Positions 1 to 9,373 of a DNA stretch of 64,000 nucleotides are shown here, piece by piece. The notes below the pieces were generated by a model. The model did not search any database and was not told the origin of the DNA. It worked only from the letters and a program-made list of their open reading frames with translations. The position numbers were made by a program, and so were the translations under genes. Each line of letters begins with the position of its first letter. The stretch's first letter is position 1. Source of the DNA: Candidatus Omnitrophota bacterium (lineage in GTDB: Bacteria; Omnitrophota; Gorgyraeia; Gygaellales; Profunditerraquicolaceae); assembly GCA_026416665.1 (NCBI GenBank), contig JAOAET010000051.1, positions 139,800 through 203,799 of the forward strand, given 5' to 3'.

Positions 1-559
1 GATCAACGGTGATAATCCTATTGTGTTCTTTAGCTATCCCTATGATTTTACATAAAAGGTCGGGATAAAAAAGCCCCTTTCCGTAGTCTTCCAATATCAA
101 AGCATCCATCTTACTTATTATTTTCTCTGTAGACTTAAATATCTTCTCTGCAATTTTTTTACTTATCAAGTGAGTCTGTTCCCAATCAAGACGTAACATC
201 TGCTGATGCCTTGCAAAAATACGTGTTTTAAGAGTGGTCGGTCGACTGCTATCTTGGACAATACCATTGATATCTATTTTACTGTTCTCCAGCTTATCTA
301 ACAAAAGCTGGCTGTGGTGGTCTTTTCCAATTACCCCTACTAAATAAACTTGAGCTCCTAAACTGCGTAGATTATTTGCCACATTTGCTGCTCCTCCAGG
401 GACAAAAGTGCGTTTCTGCGCCCAGACTACTGGCACAGGTGCCTCAGGGGAAATACGCTCAACATCACCCCAAATATATTCATCAAGCATAAGATCTCCT
501 ACTACCAGAACCTTTGCATTTTTAAATCTTTTAATCGCTGCGAACAGTTTCTCTTTCAT
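1..559 (-). CDS. hldE: D-beta-D-heptose 7-phosphate kinase (ADP-heptose synthase domain I, PfkB family); 5' part only, the rest lies outside the window
   Basis: Reverse-strand translation starts MKEKLFAAIKRFKNAKVLVVGDLMLDEYIWGDVERISPEAPVPVVW...GGAANVANN, the classic RfaE/HldE kinase N-terminus. ATG at 557-559 (complement). Not in the ORF track because it is truncated by the window edge. Confidence 0.75.
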   Translation of the reverse strand, partial: MKEKLFAAIKRFKNAKVLVVGDLMLDEYIWGDVERISPEAPVPVVWAQKRTFVPGGAANVANNLRSLGAQVYLVGVIGKDHHSQLLLDKLENSKIDINGIVQDSSRPTTLKTRIFARHQQMLRLDWEQTHLISKKIAEKIFKSTEKIISKMDALILEDYGKGLFYPDLLCKIIGIAKEHNRIITVD

Positions 560-626
560 AAATACACCCTTCTAAAATAATAGTTTTTAAACTCTATCAC
601 AATTTTTGTCTTTTCGCAACAGCTAA

Positions 627-2417
627 CTATGACTGTATCTGTTGCACTTCAAACAACCGCCAGTATAACCCCTTATTTTGAAGTAACTGTTCGTGTGTCC
701 CCTCTTCAACAATTCTGCCTGCATCAAGCACAATTATGCGATTAGCATTTTTTATAGTGGACAGTCTATGCGCAATAATCAATACTGTTTTTCCTTCTAT
801 CAATTGATTTATAGCGCTCTGAACTAACCTTTCTGCCTCAGAATCTAATTGTGAGGTTGCCTCATCTAAAATTAAAATAGGTGCATTTTTTAATATTGCG
901 CGTGCAATTGCGATTCTCTGTCTTTCTCCGCCAGAAAGTTTTGCCCCTCGGTCACCAATAACTGTTTCATAACCACAAGGCAAACGCATAATTGTCTCGT
1001 GAATAAATGCCTTTTTAGCTGCTTCTTCTACAGCTTCATCAGAAACATCCTCCATACCATAAGCAATGTTGTTACGAACTGTGTCGTTAAACAGAATGGT
1101 CTCTTGGGTAACCATGCCAATTTGACTGCGTAAAGATTTAAAAGTAACCAGACGTAAATCTACTCCGTCAATAAGGACCCTTCCCTGTGTTGGATCGTAG
1201 AACCTGGGGACTAAATCAAGAAGCGTAGTTTTTCCTGCGCCACTAAGACCTACAAAAGCAATAATCTCTCCTTTCTTAATCTTAAGGGATATACCTTTAA
1301 TTACAGGACCAAACCCATAATCAAACCATACATTATCAAAAATAATCTCATTGCTAAATGGGGGTAATTCTTTAGCGTCAAGTTTTTCTCTGACAGTAGC
1401 AGCCGTGTTTAAAATCTGTTGAACACGAACAATAGCTGCTAATGCCTGTTGAATAATTACGTTTACCTGCGAAAGCTTCTTAAATGGCCTGACCATAGAT
1501 AAAAGTGCGGCCATAGAGACTGTCAAAGCCCCCAAAGATAATTTACCATCTATTACTTCTCTTCCTTTCCAGACTAAAACCGATACACCTATAATAATGG
1601 CGATTAACTCCGTCAAAGGACTCAATAACAGTGAACGCTTAATAGACTTCATAGAAAGGCGATAATACCAGCTATTTGCTTTATTAAATTTTTCTAATTC
1701 CTTCTGTTCAGTTCCAAATGCCTTCACCAGTCGAGCACCAAAAATTGTCTCGTAAAGTATTGAATTAAGGTCAGCCATCTTCTCCTGTCCCTTTAAAGAC
1801 AGCTTTTTAATCATCTTGCCTACACGCACCATCGGTACCCCAATAAGTGGAACCATAATCAAAGAAATAATTGCAAGTTTATAATCAATAAATATAATCA
1901 TTGCACCAAAAACCAGTACTTGCAGTGATTGATAAACCAAATCTGTAGTAGCATAAGATATGGCGTTAGCAATAAGCCCAACATCGTGGGTAACTCGAGA
2001 CATTAGTTCTCCTGAACGCATTACCGAAAAGTAATCTAAAGATAACTGATGAAATTTCTCAAATAATCGTGAACGAATATCCCGAATGACTCGTTGGGCA
2101 ATATCGTTCATCAGATACCCTTGGATAAAACCAAAAATTCCTTTAAGAAGAAACAAAATAACCACTAAAACCGCCATCAGTTGTAGAAGATCCCTGCGAG
2201 GAATTCTATTGATATAGTCGACAAATATATTGATTTTCTGTGGTGCACCATCAGGTAGCCGAATCGGCTTTCCTGACAAGATAATGTCACCAAGCGGCAT
2301 AATCATCCCTAATGAAATGCCATCAAAAAAAGCAGATAATCCCATAGCCACAGTTGCCATGACAAACAGACTAAGGTGTGGACGAATAAATTTCCATAAC
2401 TTAAGAAAATGCTTCAT
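627..2417 (-). CDS. msbA: ABC transporter, fused permease/ATPase, lipid A exporter MsbA-like
   Basis: 596 aa. N-terminal 6-TM domain. Walker A GLSGAGKTT, ABC signature LSGGERQRIAIARA, Walker B ILILDEATSQLD. Sits beside lpxB and hldE. Confidence 0.8.
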   Translation of the reverse strand: MKHFLKLWKFIRPHLSLFVMATVAMGLSAFFDGISLGMIMPLGDIILSGKPIRLPDGAPQKINIFVDYINRIPRRDLLQLMAVLVVILFLLKGIFGFIQGYLMNDIAQRVIRDIRSRLFEKFHQLSLDYFSVMRSGELMSRVTHDVGLIANAISYATTDLVYQSLQVLVFGAMIIFIDYKLAIISLIMVPLIGVPMVRVGKMIKKLSLKGQEKMADLNSILYETIFGARLVKAFGTEQKELEKFNKANSWYYRLSMKSIKRSLLLSPLTELIAIIIGVSVLVWKGREVIDGKLSLGALTVSMAALLSMVRPFKKLSQVNVIIQQALAAIVRVQQILNTAATVREKLDAKELPPFSNEIIFDNVWFDYGFGPVIKGISLKIKKGEIIAFVGLSGAGKTTLLDLVPRFYDPTQGRVLIDGVDLRLVTFKSLRSQIGMVTQETILFNDTVRNNIAYGMEDVSDEAVEEAAKKAFIHETIMRLPCGYETVIGDRGAKLSGGERQRIAIARAILKNAPILILDEATSQLDSEAERLVQSAINQLIEGKTVLIIAHRLSTIKNANRIIVLDAGRIVEEGTHEQLLQNKGLYWRLFEVQQIQS

Positions 2418-2532
2418 CTTTTTCTCTATCTTCCGGTTAAAAAATTACACCATAGAGCATCTTGACATATGAATAATTTACCTTTTGTTTATAGTATCAT
2501 ATCTATTGACTTTTGTCGAGGGCTTTGCTACG

Positions 2533-3474
2533 ATGATTTTTATGCACAAGATTAAAGTTGCGGTTATTGGTACTGGTTACTTAGGCAGTATTCACGCAAA
2601 GATTTATCAACAGCTACCCAACTGTCAACTCGTAGCTGTCTGTGATGTAAACCCTAATCGTTTAGAACAGGTCTGTCAAGATCTGAAGATCTGCGGGGTA
2701 ATAGACTACCGTGAGCTAATTGGTAAGGTAGATGCGGTAAGTATTTGTGTTCCTACAAGTCTTCACTTTAAGGTTGCCTGTGATTTCTTAACTGCAGGTA
2801 TTCCCTGTCTTGTAGAAAAACCTTTTACTAAAACACTTTCAGAAGCAGATATCCTTATTCGTATTGCCCGAAGGAAAAAAACTATTTTGGCTGTTGGACA
2901 TGTGGAACGTTACAACAGTGCCTTTACCGCTTGTCAGAAATATTTTCAACAACCCTATTTTATAGAATGCCACCGCCTCAGCCCTTTTACCCATCGTTCA
3001 TTAGACATAGGTGTGGTATTAGACTTAATGATTCATGATATTGATATTTGTCTGGGGTTGGTTCGTTTGCCACTAAGGCGTATTGAGGCAATTGGCGTCA
3101 ATGTCTTAACCAGTTATGAAGACATTGCTAATGCACGTTTGCATTTTGATAATGGCTGTATTGCCAACCTTACGGCTAGCCGTATCTCTGATGAAACGGT
3201 GCGTAAAATCCGCATCTTTTTAAAGAATGCTTATATTTCTTTAGATTATAAGAACCAACATGCCTTCTTATATCAAAAAAAATCTCAGACACAAATAACC
3301 AAAACGATTTTACCTATAGAGAAAGACCAACCTTTAGAAAAAGAGCTTTCTGCCTTCGTTTACGCAGTGGCTACTAAAACAAAACCATTGGTAACTGGTG
3401 AAATAGCTCGTCAAGCACTAGCAGTAGCCTTATCTATCCGTGACCAAATATGGAGAAAACTAAAAAAGTTTTAA
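2533..3474 (+). CDS. Gfo/Idh/MocA-family NAD(P)-dependent oxidoreductase (possible GnnA-like UDP-GlcNAc 3-dehydrogenase)
   Basis: Rossmann motif KVAVIGTGYLGSIHAKIY directly after MIFMHK. The track ORF begins at 2485; ATGs at 2533 or 2542 are more likely. Its 3' end overlaps the lpxB start. Confidence 0.65.
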   Translation: MIFMHKIKVAVIGTGYLGSIHAKIYQQLPNCQLVAVCDVNPNRLEQVCQDLKICGVIDYRELIGKVDAVSICVPTSLHFKVACDFLTAGIPCLVEKPFTKTLSEADILIRIARRKKTILAVGHVERYNSAFTACQKYFQQPYFIECHRLSPFTHRSLDIGVVLDLMIHDIDICLGLVRLPLRRIEAIGVNVLTSYEDIANARLHFDNGCIANLTASRISDETVRKIRIFLKNAYISLDYKNQHAFLYQKKSQTQITKTILPIEKDQPLEKELSAFVYAVATKTKPLVTGEIARQALAVALSIRDQIWRKLKKF

Positions 3475-4601
3475 TTGTTGCCGGAGAGGCTTCAGGAGAC
3501 CTGCATGCGGCTAATCTTGTTGAAGCTGTCAATGAGAAGTTGCCGAATGTAGAGTGGTTTGGCCTAGGCGGGAAACGCATGCTTAAAAAAGGTGTGCGGA
3601 TCATTGCTGATCCCACTGGGCTTGCTGTAGTTGGTTTCTGGGAAGTAGTAAAAAATATATTCTATTATAAAAAAATTTTTAAAAAGATACTTTGGCATTG
3701 TGCTCAAGAAAAACCAGACCTTGCTATATTAGTGGATTATCCTGGCTTTAATTTGCATTTATCTAAGGTCTTGAAGCAACGTGGCATTCCTGTCTTATAT
3801 TATATTAGTCCGCAAATTTGGGCCTGGGCGCCACAGCGAATAAAAACGATTAAAGAAACAGTAACTCATATGTTGGTCTTCTTTGATTTTGAGGAAGAAC
3901 TTTATCGGAAAGCAAAAGTTAAGGTAACCTGGGTCGGACATCCACTGGTAGAAACCACCAAATTAACCAGAAATACAAAAGAAATTTTTCAAGAACTAAA
4001 ACTGAGTCCTGAAAAACTAACTATCTGTCTTCTACCAGGTTCACGTGCCAAAGAAGTAAAAGTACTTCTCCCATTGATGCTCGAGTGTGCAAGGATTATC
4101 AAAGAATCTGTTGATAATATTCAATTTGTCTTGGCGAAATCCTCAACTGTAGAAGAAAAAGTTTATCTTAGATATTGTCAAGCACTTAATTTATCCCTTG
4201 CTGAGGTCTATGACAATACTGTAGAGGCGTTGGCAGTAAGCGATGTGGCTTTAGTTTGCTCAGGAACAGCAACTTTAGAAACAGCTTTAATGCAGGTTCC
4301 TATGGTTATCGTTTATAAGGTAAGTTTTCTAACCTGGATTTTTGCCCGACTTTTTATTCGTATTCCTTATATTGGTCTGGTAAATGTTGTATACGGGGCA
4401 AAATTAATCCCCGAATTTCTACAATCAAATGCTCGTGCTTTCACCATAGCCAACGTTATAATTAAGCTTTTAGAAGATAAAAAACAGCGAGAAAGAATAA
4501 GAGAAATTCTCTCTACTATCCGTCAGAAGTTAGGACCAAGCGGAGCCACTCTACGGGCTGCAGATATTGTTATCCGCTATCTAGAAGAAAAATCATCTTA
4601 A
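3450..4601 (+). CDS. lpxB: lipid-A-disaccharide synthase
   Basis: 383 aa. N-terminus KVLIVAGEASGDLHAANLVEAV and length are typical of LpxB (GT19). Confidence 0.85.
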   Translation: MEKTKKVLIVAGEASGDLHAANLVEAVNEKLPNVEWFGLGGKRMLKKGVRIIADPTGLAVVGFWEVVKNIFYYKKIFKKILWHCAQEKPDLAILVDYPGFNLHLSKVLKQRGIPVLYYISPQIWAWAPQRIKTIKETVTHMLVFFDFEEELYRKAKVKVTWVGHPLVETTKLTRNTKEIFQELKLSPEKLTICLLPGSRAKEVKVLLPLMLECARIIKESVDNIQFVLAKSSTVEEKVYLRYCQALNLSLAEVYDNTVEALAVSDVALVCSGTATLETALMQVPMVIVYKVSFLTWIFARLFIRIPYIGLVNVVYGAKLIPEFLQSNARAFTIANVIIKLLEDKKQRERIREILSTIRQKLGPSGATLRAADIVIRYLEEKSS

Positions 4602-4657
4602 AAAACGTAAACTAACCTATTATTATAGACTTCAACGTAGTTTTAGGAAAGTAAAAT

Positions 4658-6001
4658 TTAAATAAACTGTGCTAAAACCTTTCCTTCTTCGGAATAAGGG
4701 TCGATGGCCCTGGTAATATCAATAGTATGTGATTCTTCTGAAAGATTAATTAACTGTGGAGTATGTTCAGGGGGAAGGATTTCTACGATGGGTTTGAAAA
4801 TATTTTTAGTCTGCTGGCGCACCACTGCTTTGCTCTGGTTGCTTAGCTCAACTAATGTCCCTATTGGCCAGACTCCCATAATTTCAAAAAAAGTATCTAC
4901 TAGTTGCGGATAAAACATTTTCTCTTTTTCCTTCATCATTATCTCATATACTACATTAGGTGCAAGACCAGCTTTGTAACTTCTACGTGAGAACAATGCA
5001 TCGTAGATATCACATATACAGATAATCACACTACCTAAATGGGGTTTCTTATTAAAGTTAATCTTGGGGTAACCGTGCATATCACTTTTTAAATGATGTT
5101 CAAAAGCTGCCAGAACGGGCAGAGTCCCTAAAGTATCTACGTATCTTAGTAACAGTTCAGCACCATAAAGAGTGTGTCCTTTTATTTGTTCAAATTCACT
5201 GTTTGTCAAAGAAGAGGTTTTTCTAATAATTGTACGCGATACACCAAGTTTTCCGATATCATGAAAGAGCGCAGCAACCCCTATATCCAAAATATCCTCT
5301 TTATTAAACCCTAAGCGAGAAGCAAACAGCATCGCCAAAATTGCTACATTAATAATATGCGTAAAGGTACTTTGGTCATAACGTTTAAGCACAGTTATCT
5401 TTAGGAGATCCTTATGACCGTATACTAAACTTTCAAATAGGTTATTTAACTCAAAACGTATATCTAAAGCATTAATCTCCTGAGTATCTAAGATGTTATT
5501 TACACATCGCTGGAAAGACTGGGCAGACTTAGTGTAAAGACTAAGGGCATCCATAGCGGCTAAAGTATCTTTAACTTCTTGTTTATAGCTTTCGCCGCTA
5601 ATTCTACCTGCTTCAATAGTCTGCACTTTTTTTGCTGACAAAGCTTTCTGTATGTCTGGAATTTCCTTTTCGTTATGTGCAACCAACAACTCAAGGAATG
5701 TATAGAGATCATCTCTATTTAAACCTTTTCTGAATAGAATTCGTTCTATATTCCTCTTTTTTAGGAATTTAACGATGGGCTGTACTGTCTTAGAAAACTC
5801 AAAAAGTATATCCTTATCACAGGCAATCTCATCACCAATGATGCCAAAAACAATCTCCTGCTGTTGTTGCCATAATTCATCAAACGCCTGGATACAGCTT
5901 TCTATTGTTCCTTTTATTTTAGGATGCTCCAGCCCATACAAAGTGGTAAGCTGTAAGCTTGTCATAAAAGCACGCAATACTTTTTCAGCTTTCTCAACCA
6001 T
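4658..6001 (-). CDS. HD-GYP domain cyclic-di-GMP phosphodiesterase with an N-terminal ~110-aa domain paralogous to the upstream 643-aa protein
   Basis: Contains LFHDIGK (HD) and HHLKSDMHGYP (GYP). 447 aa. Confidence 0.75.
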   Translation of the reverse strand: MVEKAEKVLRAFMTSLQLTTLYGLEHPKIKGTIESCIQAFDELWQQQQEIVFGIIGDEIACDKDILFEFSKTVQPIVKFLKKRNIERILFRKGLNRDDLYTFLELLVAHNEKEIPDIQKALSAKKVQTIEAGRISGESYKQEVKDTLAAMDALSLYTKSAQSFQRCVNNILDTQEINALDIRFELNNLFESLVYGHKDLLKITVLKRYDQSTFTHIINVAILAMLFASRLGFNKEDILDIGVAALFHDIGKLGVSRTIIRKTSSLTNSEFEQIKGHTLYGAELLLRYVDTLGTLPVLAAFEHHLKSDMHGYPKINFNKKPHLGSVIICICDIYDALFSRRSYKAGLAPNVVYEIMMKEKEKMFYPQLVDTFFEIMGVWPIGTLVELSNQSKAVVRQQTKNIFKPIVEILPPEHTPQLINLSEESHTIDITRAIDPYSEEGKVLAQFI

Positions 6002-7925
6002 TTAATATTACCTTTGTTTCTCTTATTTTATTGCGCAAGGGGAAATTCCAGAACGGAGTTTTCTTCTCTAAATAATCAAGATAATAAATGGCCTGACGGT
6101 ATTGCAACTCAGCAAGAAGCGACAAATTCTCTATTATTGTTTTGTTGTTTTTACCCCACTTATTTTCTACTCCTAAAAGTATATCTAAGGCACGTTGGGT
6201 ATCATTCTGCTCAGTAATTACTGTAAGAGCCTCTTTCTTAAGATAACTGGTAGAATTACGAAGGATCTCAAAAATAAATTCCTTGTGATATTCACCCAAC
6301 TGCGCCATTAACCGTAAAATCTCTGCTTTAATAAAATCATTAGATACTTCATAGAGTTTTTCAAAAATAGTAATTTTATCTTCCAATTCCAAATTTTTAA
6401 TTACTTCAATAATCCGAACACAAAATTCTATGTCCTCTTCTTTTTTTCTAAAATACTCATAAAAATCTAGACAGCGATTTTTAAAAACTTTAAAATAAAT
6501 TTTTATAGGAAGCGGAAAAACTTTTCCTTCCTCAAAAATTTTTCTCAAGTATTCTTCAGCGGAAGCTGTGCTTTCTGCAATATTCTCAAGATAGGAATAG
6601 ACCTCTTGCGGAGGATTTTCTTGCCATATAAACGAATCAAGAAATAAATTGATTCTGTTTTCCAACTCCTCAAAAACCTCTTTAAAACCTTTATCTAATT
6701 CTTTCTTGTCTTCAATAATTTTTTTTAAATCCAAAATAAAACGAAATTTATTTTCCTTTAACACACTATCCCAAATTTTCAAAATTTTTTCTACTATATG
6801 AACAGCCTTTTTAGGACTGTTTTGAAAGGACAAAAGGTCTAACAGGATTAACTGATAGTTATATTCTACTGCCTGACGGTCAAAAATAACCTCTGCGATA
6901 ATTTTATTTCTTTCTAAAAATGACCGCATAGCTTCTCTATAAACGGGTGGAATTTCTATATTTTTATCTAAATTAAATAATTTTTCCAACTTCTGCGCCA
7001 CCATAAAAGCAATGGCCTGATTATTTTCTTTATTAGCTTTCTCAGCAAGAAAAGCGGCGATTTGCTGATGAGTGCCTTTGCCAATTAATTTTGTTAAGAA
7101 AACAAACTGAGCTAGCTCTAACTCCTCTTTACTTAATAACCTCTGCCAAAGGACTTCGCAAAATTTCTCATCTGACACATCAATAAGAAATTCTTTTAAT
7201 CGCCTGGAGGCATTTTCATTTTTAATGAGTTGACTATCATTGATGGCCGCATTTAAAAGTGAATCTAAACACTGTTTAAATTTTATATAGTTATGTTTTT
7301 TTAAATAATCCAGGAAGGTATGCAGGTGCCTGGAGAATTGTTCGTCTTGCAAGAATTGTGATGGTTTAATAGTCTCAAGCAAAGAATTAAAATTATGCAC
7401 AAATTCATCTATTTTTTTTAGGTCTTCTTTACTTATAACCTCCTGCATAAAAAATGCCCAAACATCTTTTATCTGTTGACCCTGACCATGCAAGAGTTGT
7501 GAATAGTCCAAATCTTCCAACTGACAGTGTTCCAAATTCCCTTCCTCCCCTAAAATTATGGCTAAACCTTTTCTCTGTATAATTTCCTTCGCCGGAAGCG
7601 CCAATTTTTCAAAAAGGATTTTAAGTTCATCTGTTGTTACACCTTCAAAGAAACGAATACTTTTTATTTTTCTCTGATGTAGAAGTTGAGCAACTTCCTT
7701 ATAGAAGCTTTCCTTACTATAAAAAACACTCTCAAACCAGACACCTTCAGGGCTAATTAATATTTCTATTTGTTGCTTATCCTTAAGAATTGAATCTAGT
7801 TTTATTTTAAGTTCTTCTAAAGAATTCAAGAAAGCTTTATGTTCTTTAGAGTATAAGAGGATAAAATTGTAGGTAATACGAAAGGCCTTAATAAATTCTT
7901 CAAACATTATATTCTTTTCATTCAT
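5994..7925 (-). CDS. hypothetical all-alpha K/E/L-rich protein (643 aa). Its N-terminal ~110 aa are homologous to the N-terminus of the adjacent HD-GYP protein
   Basis: No catalytic motif seen. An 8-nt overlap with the HD-GYP gene suggests translational coupling. Aligned patch with the HD-GYP N-terminus: LYSKEH/LYGLEH ... KQQIEIL/QQQEIVF ... RKIKSIRFFEGVTTDELKILFEKL vs RNIERILFRKGLNRDDLYTFLELL. Confidence 0.5.
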   Translation of the reverse strand: MNEKNIMFEEFIKAFRITYNFILLYSKEHKAFLNSLEELKIKLDSILKDKQQIEILISPEGVWFESVFYSKESFYKEVAQLLHQRKIKSIRFFEGVTTDELKILFEKLALPAKEIIQRKGLAIILGEEGNLEHCQLEDLDYSQLLHGQGQQIKDVWAFFMQEVISKEDLKKIDEFVHNFNSLLETIKPSQFLQDEQFSRHLHTFLDYLKKHNYIKFKQCLDSLLNAAINDSQLIKNENASRRLKEFLIDVSDEKFCEVLWQRLLSKEELELAQFVFLTKLIGKGTHQQIAAFLAEKANKENNQAIAFMVAQKLEKLFNLDKNIEIPPVYREAMRSFLERNKIIAEVIFDRQAVEYNYQLILLDLLSFQNSPKKAVHIVEKILKIWDSVLKENKFRFILDLKKIIEDKKELDKGFKEVFEELENRINLFLDSFIWQENPPQEVYSYLENIAESTASAEEYLRKIFEEGKVFPLPIKIYFKVFKNRCLDFYEYFRKKEEDIEFCVRIIEVIKNLELEDKITIFEKLYEVSNDFIKAEILRLMAQLGEYHKEFIFEILRNSTSYLKKEALTVITEQNDTQRALDILLGVENKWGKNNKTIIENLSLLAELQYRQAIYYLDYLEKKTPFWNFPLRNKIRETKVILNG

Positions 7926-7951
7926 ATTATTATTTTAAGAAAAAATAAAAT

Positions 7952-9070
7952 TTACTTCAAGTAGTAATTGGAATAGGCAGCTGTTATACGCTCTTCAATC
8001 GAAGGATGATCAAAAAAGATGAATTTTATGAAAGGATGAGGATTACGGTCAGCCAGATTATCCCTTGCTAACTTTTCCATTGTAGAGATAAATGCCTGGC
8101 GTTCAGAAATAAACATAAGTGCATACTTGTCCGCATTACTTTCTAAATGCCGACTTATAGCATTTACAAAGGGGCGACTAAAGACAGAAAAAATTATCCA
8201 ATAAATGAAGAATAGAGGCAAATTATCAATTCTCATAGTGAAGATTGTCCATTTTTGATTAAACAACCATAAAAAATAAAAGAACATTAAAGTTAATGCC
8301 GACTGTAACAAAAAAAGCTTGACAATATGATTCATACGTTGATGGGCAAACTCGTGGGCAAGTACAACTTCTATTTCTTGTGGTTCAAAACGTTGAAGTA
8401 GGTTGTCAGCAAGAAGAACTCTTCGTGTCTTACCCCAACCAACAAGAGCTGCGTTTACCTTATTAGTCTTAGAGCTTAAATCTATTTGGTATACTCCTAA
8501 TAAAGGAACTCCCATCTTGGCAGCTAAATCCATAATTTTTTGTCGAAGCTTTTCATCAGTTAAAACTTGGTATCTAAAAAAAATTGGGATAATAGTAAGG
8601 GGTGCTAAATAATTTAATAAGAAGCTCAAGGAAATCCAAATAAAAGCTGTTTGCCACCACCAGTTTAAGGGTTGCCAAATCATAACATACTGCCACAGCA
8701 CAATCCCTGAAAAAGTAATCACAAAACCTATTAGGTTCGCCTTTAAGTGATCCCGTAACCAACTAGTTACCTGTTGCTGACTTAACCCGAATTGATGTTC
8801 TAACAAGAAACAACTGTAGAAACTAAGAGGAAATTCTATAATAAAGTAAATTACTGCTAACAGAAAACTATACACAAGCAAAACACAGAAGAAATTGGAA
8901 CATACTTTCTGACTAAGGTTTGCCAAAAAAAATGATAAACCACTTCTCCAACAAATAGTCAAAAATATCAAAACATAAAATATTTCAACTAACTCTACTG
9001 TATATTTGATTGTACTGTATCTTCGGGCACGTTCTCTGACTTGCTTATTATCATTTTCAAAACTTCTCAT
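7952..9070 (-). CDS. M48-family zinc metallopeptidase (HtpX/Ste24-like), polytopic membrane protein
   Basis: HEXXH motif VLAHEFAHQRMNH. Multiple hydrophobic segments. 372 aa. Confidence 0.7.
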   Translation of the reverse strand: MRSFENDNKQVRERARRYSTIKYTVELVEIFYVLIFLTICWRSGLSFFLANLSQKVCSNFFCVLLVYSFLLAVIYFIIEFPLSFYSCFLLEHQFGLSQQQVTSWLRDHLKANLIGFVITFSGIVLWQYVMIWQPLNWWWQTAFIWISLSFLLNYLAPLTIIPIFFRYQVLTDEKLRQKIMDLAAKMGVPLLGVYQIDLSSKTNKVNAALVGWGKTRRVLLADNLLQRFEPQEIEVVLAHEFAHQRMNHIVKLFLLQSALTLMFFYFLWLFNQKWTIFTMRIDNLPLFFIYWIIFSVFSRPFVNAISRHLESNADKYALMFISERQAFISTMEKLARDNLADRNPHPFIKFIFFDHPSIEERITAAYSNYYLK

Positions 9071-9300
9071 TTGTTGGCAATAACATTAACAAAAGTGCGA
9101 ATTGCACCACTAGGAGTTTTTTTACGACTAAAAACTACCTTGCCATCAATTAGTGCATAAAGAGTGCCTGTTCCTTTTACATTCTTACCCGCTTTGTAGG
9201 TATCAATACCCCGAACCAGTATTTGTCCTGCCTTAACCAGTTGCCCTGCAGAAACTTTTAAGGCCTTGTCCTTCTTAGGAGTCGATTTGCCACCTGTCAT
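9067..9300 (-). CDS. rpmA: ribosomal protein bL27-family protein with a divergent/short N-terminus (possible paralog)
   Basis: 77 aa. Alignable to bL27: GGKST...AGQILVRGIDTYKAGKNVKGTGTLYALIDGKVVF vs GGST...[37 protein letters not shown]. It lacks the AHKK N-terminal tip. SD AAGGGAG lies upstream. There is no rplU or obg neighbour. Start overlaps the M48 gene by ATGA. Confidence 0.55.
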   Translation of the reverse strand: MTGGKSTPKKDKALKVSAGQLVKAGQILVRGIDTYKAGKNVKGTGTLYALIDGKVVFSRKKTPSGAIRTFVNVIANK

Positions 9301-9373
9301 AGAACCTGTCTCCCTTTTGTTTTTAAAACAGTTTTAAATAATAAGTTGTTTTATATTAGCATAGAAAGTAATT

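Noticed and set aside
2230-2472. 80-aa plus-strand ORF overlapping the 5' end of msbA
   Set aside because: Antisense to the msbA N-terminus and inside the msbA/oxidoreductase divergent promoter region. No SD.
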